Of a DNA stretch of 64,000 nucleotides, positions 61,501 to 64,000 are shown piece by piece. Within the stretch, counting starts at the first letter, position 1, and every line of letters begins with the position of its first letter. Under the pieces are notes generated by a model. It had not been told where the DNA came from, did not search any database, and worked only from the letters and a program-made list of their open reading frames with translations. Source of the DNA: the human T2T-CHM13v2.0 reference genome, Homo sapiens. The stretch lies in the NCBI RefSeq assembly GCF_009914755.1, contig NC_060935.1. The stretch is one strand, 5' to 3'. The position numbers and the translations under genes are program-made.

Positions 61501-62626
61501 GCACACTGGAGAGCACCTCTGAAATCCTGCCGGAGACTATGCCCATAGAGGTGCCAGAGGCCCTAGGGAATGATGATTTATTTTGTATTTTGTATTTTTG
61601 TGGAGACAGGGTCTTACAATATTGCCCAGGCTGGTCTCAAATCCTAGGCTCAAGTGATCCTCCCACCTGGGTTCCCAGAGTGTTGGGATTGCAGACATGA
61701 GCCGTGGCGCCCGGCTGGGAATGATTTAAAAGTCGGCACCAGCATTCTAGCCCTGACCCAGGCTAAAAGGGGTCACATGGAGCAGAGCTGTGCAAAGAGC
61801 TTTTGGGTGAGGAGTCACTCCGAGAAAAGCGAGAAGACTCTGACCCCGAGACTTCCCGTGGTGAGTTAGGAAAGCATTTCTGGAGAGCCTGTTAGGTGCC
61901 AGGCACTGTGGCTGGGCACTGAAGACACGAAGTGATTTAGTCTTGGAAATTCCCTTATGCTGCTCTCAGTCTGTGTAATAGTGAACAAGACAGCCAACAA
62001 GAGTTGTGAAGGAGGCCGTTCAGCAAGCAATGAAGTGCTAGTGCAGGAAGGCCCGAGCTGGGAAATGTCCGGAGAGACCCTGTGAAGTGATGCAGGGATC
62101 AGGAAAGCTTCCTGGTGGAAGCAATGTCTGAGCTGAGGCTCACCACAAAGAGGAATGGGAGTGACTGCTAGAGGGAAAGTGTTCCAGGCAGTGGAAAGCT
62201 GTGGCCAAGACCTGGGGGGGTCTGAGAGGCCATTGTACATTTGAAGACAGGTGGCTGGAACCCAGAGTGAGACTCTAGGAAGGGAAGAGAGTTAGTCTGG
62301 AGCTGCAGGCAGGGAAGGGGAGACAGCCAGCTCATAATACAGTGTGGGCAAAAATCCAGAAACCATGTGGATCTAATTTGATATCAATTTTACATGTATA
62401 TGTGTATATACCTACACACACATACATAAAATCAGTTATGTTTGTGTGTGTGTATATGCATATTTGTGTGTGTGTGTACGTGCGTGCATACAGAAAGTTG
62501 TTTTTTTAAGGCATGCTTTAAATACGAAGCCATCACTTCCTTTTCCCAGTCCTGGGTGCCTTTTGAGATGAGTGTTGGTGCTCCCCCCACCGCCATGTGC
62601 CATCTTCTGGAGTAAGAGGGAGTGCT

Positions 62627-63256
62627 TTCACTGTGTGCAGGTGTGGCTAAAGAGTATTCACTGTGTGCAGGTGTGGGTGAAGAGTATTCACCGTGTGCAG
62701 GTGTGGCTGAAGAGTATTCACCGTGTGCAGGTGTGGCTGAAGAGTATTCACCGTGTGCAGGTGTGGCTGAAGAGTATTCACCGTGTGCAGGTGTGGGTGA
62801 AGAGTATTCACCGTGTGCAGGTGTGGCTGAAGAGTATTCACTGTGTGCAGGTGTGGCTGAAGAGTATTCACTGTGTGCAGGTGTGGGTGAAGAGTATTCA
62901 CTGTGTGCAGGTGTGGGTGAAGAGTATTCACTGTGTGCACGTGTGGCTGAAGAGTATTCACTGTGTGCAGGTGTGGGTGAAGAGTATTCACTGTGTGCAG
63001 GTGTGGGTGAAGAGTATTCACTGTGTGCAGGTGTGGGTGAAGAGTATTCACAGTGTGCAGGTGTGGGTGAAGAGTATTCACTGTGTGCAGGTGTGGGTGA
63101 AGAGTATTCACTGTGTGCAGGTGTGGGTGAAGAGTATTCACAGTGTGCAGGTGTGGGTGAAGAGTATTCACTGTGTGCAGGTGTGGGTGAAGAGTATTCA
63201 CTGTGTGCAGGTGTGGGTGAAGAGTATTCACTGTGTGCAGGTGTGGGTGAAGAGTA
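62627..63256. repeat. 30-bp minisatellite (VNTR), 20 full units plus two partial units
   Basis: Unit GTGTGG(G/C)TGAAGAGTATTCAC(T/C/A)GTGTGCAG repeated head-to-tail with exact 30-nt period from 62641 to 63240. Confidence 0.98.
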
Positions 63257-64000
63257 GGCTGTCCAGGATTTCAATCCTTGGCTTTTGCTCTGCAGCAAGG
63301 GCTGGCTGAGGGCACTGTGAGGCTTCTTCAGGCCCAGGAGTCAGGCCCACTTTCCCTTTTCTCTTGAGGGAATGACTCAGAGAACACTCCTGCCACCGGA
63401 GGTTCTGCAGGCTTTTGAGAGGCAGCCAGTGGAGGCTGATGGTAGCAGTTGGTGAGAAAGAGGAAGTATGTAGTGGCCATTCCTCCGGCCACTCCTGACA
63501 AATATTTCTGTCACTAAACAGCACCTCTCTGTGGCAGCCTTGGGCTGTGTTCTGGAAAGGGAGGAGCTTTCCTCTCCCTGTGGGAGGGCCTGTCATCTGT
63601 GGCTTCTGCTTTGCCCTTGGCCACAGACTAGATTGCACAACACAGCCAATGAGAGTCCCTCTTCCCTCACAAGTGCTTGGAGTGCAGACCTTAACTTACA
63701 GGGTTGTAGAAGTGACCGTGTTCCACACTGCAGGGTCCAGGTCACAGCCGGCAAAGCACATGAAAATTGACCTAAGGTTAGAATGTGATTATCCTACTGG
63801 GAAAGGTTTACTGGGACAGCATTTCACTTCTGACTCCATAGGCTGTCGTCTCCTGCCAGGGAGTGAGTTTTGTTTCCATGCTTGTCCAGTCTTTACTGCT
63901 TTCCCAGAGGCCATAAACCTGCCTTTTCCCAGAGGCCATAAACCTGCCCACCTCCTGCTATGTTCTAGTTCTGATAGGAGTACCATTCAGAGTTCTTGGC

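Noticed and set aside
62432-63309. Long repetitive ORFs in four frames (e.g. EYSSPTPAHS repeats, 288 aa) and a CRISPR-like appearance
   Set aside because: The 30-nt unit simply lacks stops in those frames. Units are head-to-tail with no unique spacers and there are no cas genes, so this is a minisatellite.

Overview
Human-type (primate), Alu-dense genomic DNA that I recognise as the 11q13 SPINDOC (C11orf84)-MARK2 locus. It holds the complete six-exon SPINDOC gene on the + strand (CDS 5045..18498, 381 aa when spliced by hand, polyA signal 19053). A processed ATP5MG (ATP synthase subunit g) pseudogene lies on the - strand. The MARK2 CpG-island promoter and first coding exon (30846..30899) are followed by more than 33 kb of intron 1, with no kinase exon inside the window. 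That intron contains a near-full-length fossil Charlie1 hAT transposon and a 30-bp minisatellite. Most short ORFs in the track are Alu or GC-rich artefacts. I found no demonstrably new biological system. The strongest leads are: an ancient local triplication of the Charlie1 3' end plus flank; an all-phase-1 SPINDOC exon 2-5 block flanked by inverted Alus that would form a stop-free 807-nt circle; the structured 30-bp VNTR; MARK2 uORFs and a candidate poison exon; and an L2-derived distal polyA signal with a miR-28-type site. Repeat family names come from recognising consensus sequences by eye, and repeat boundaries are approximate.
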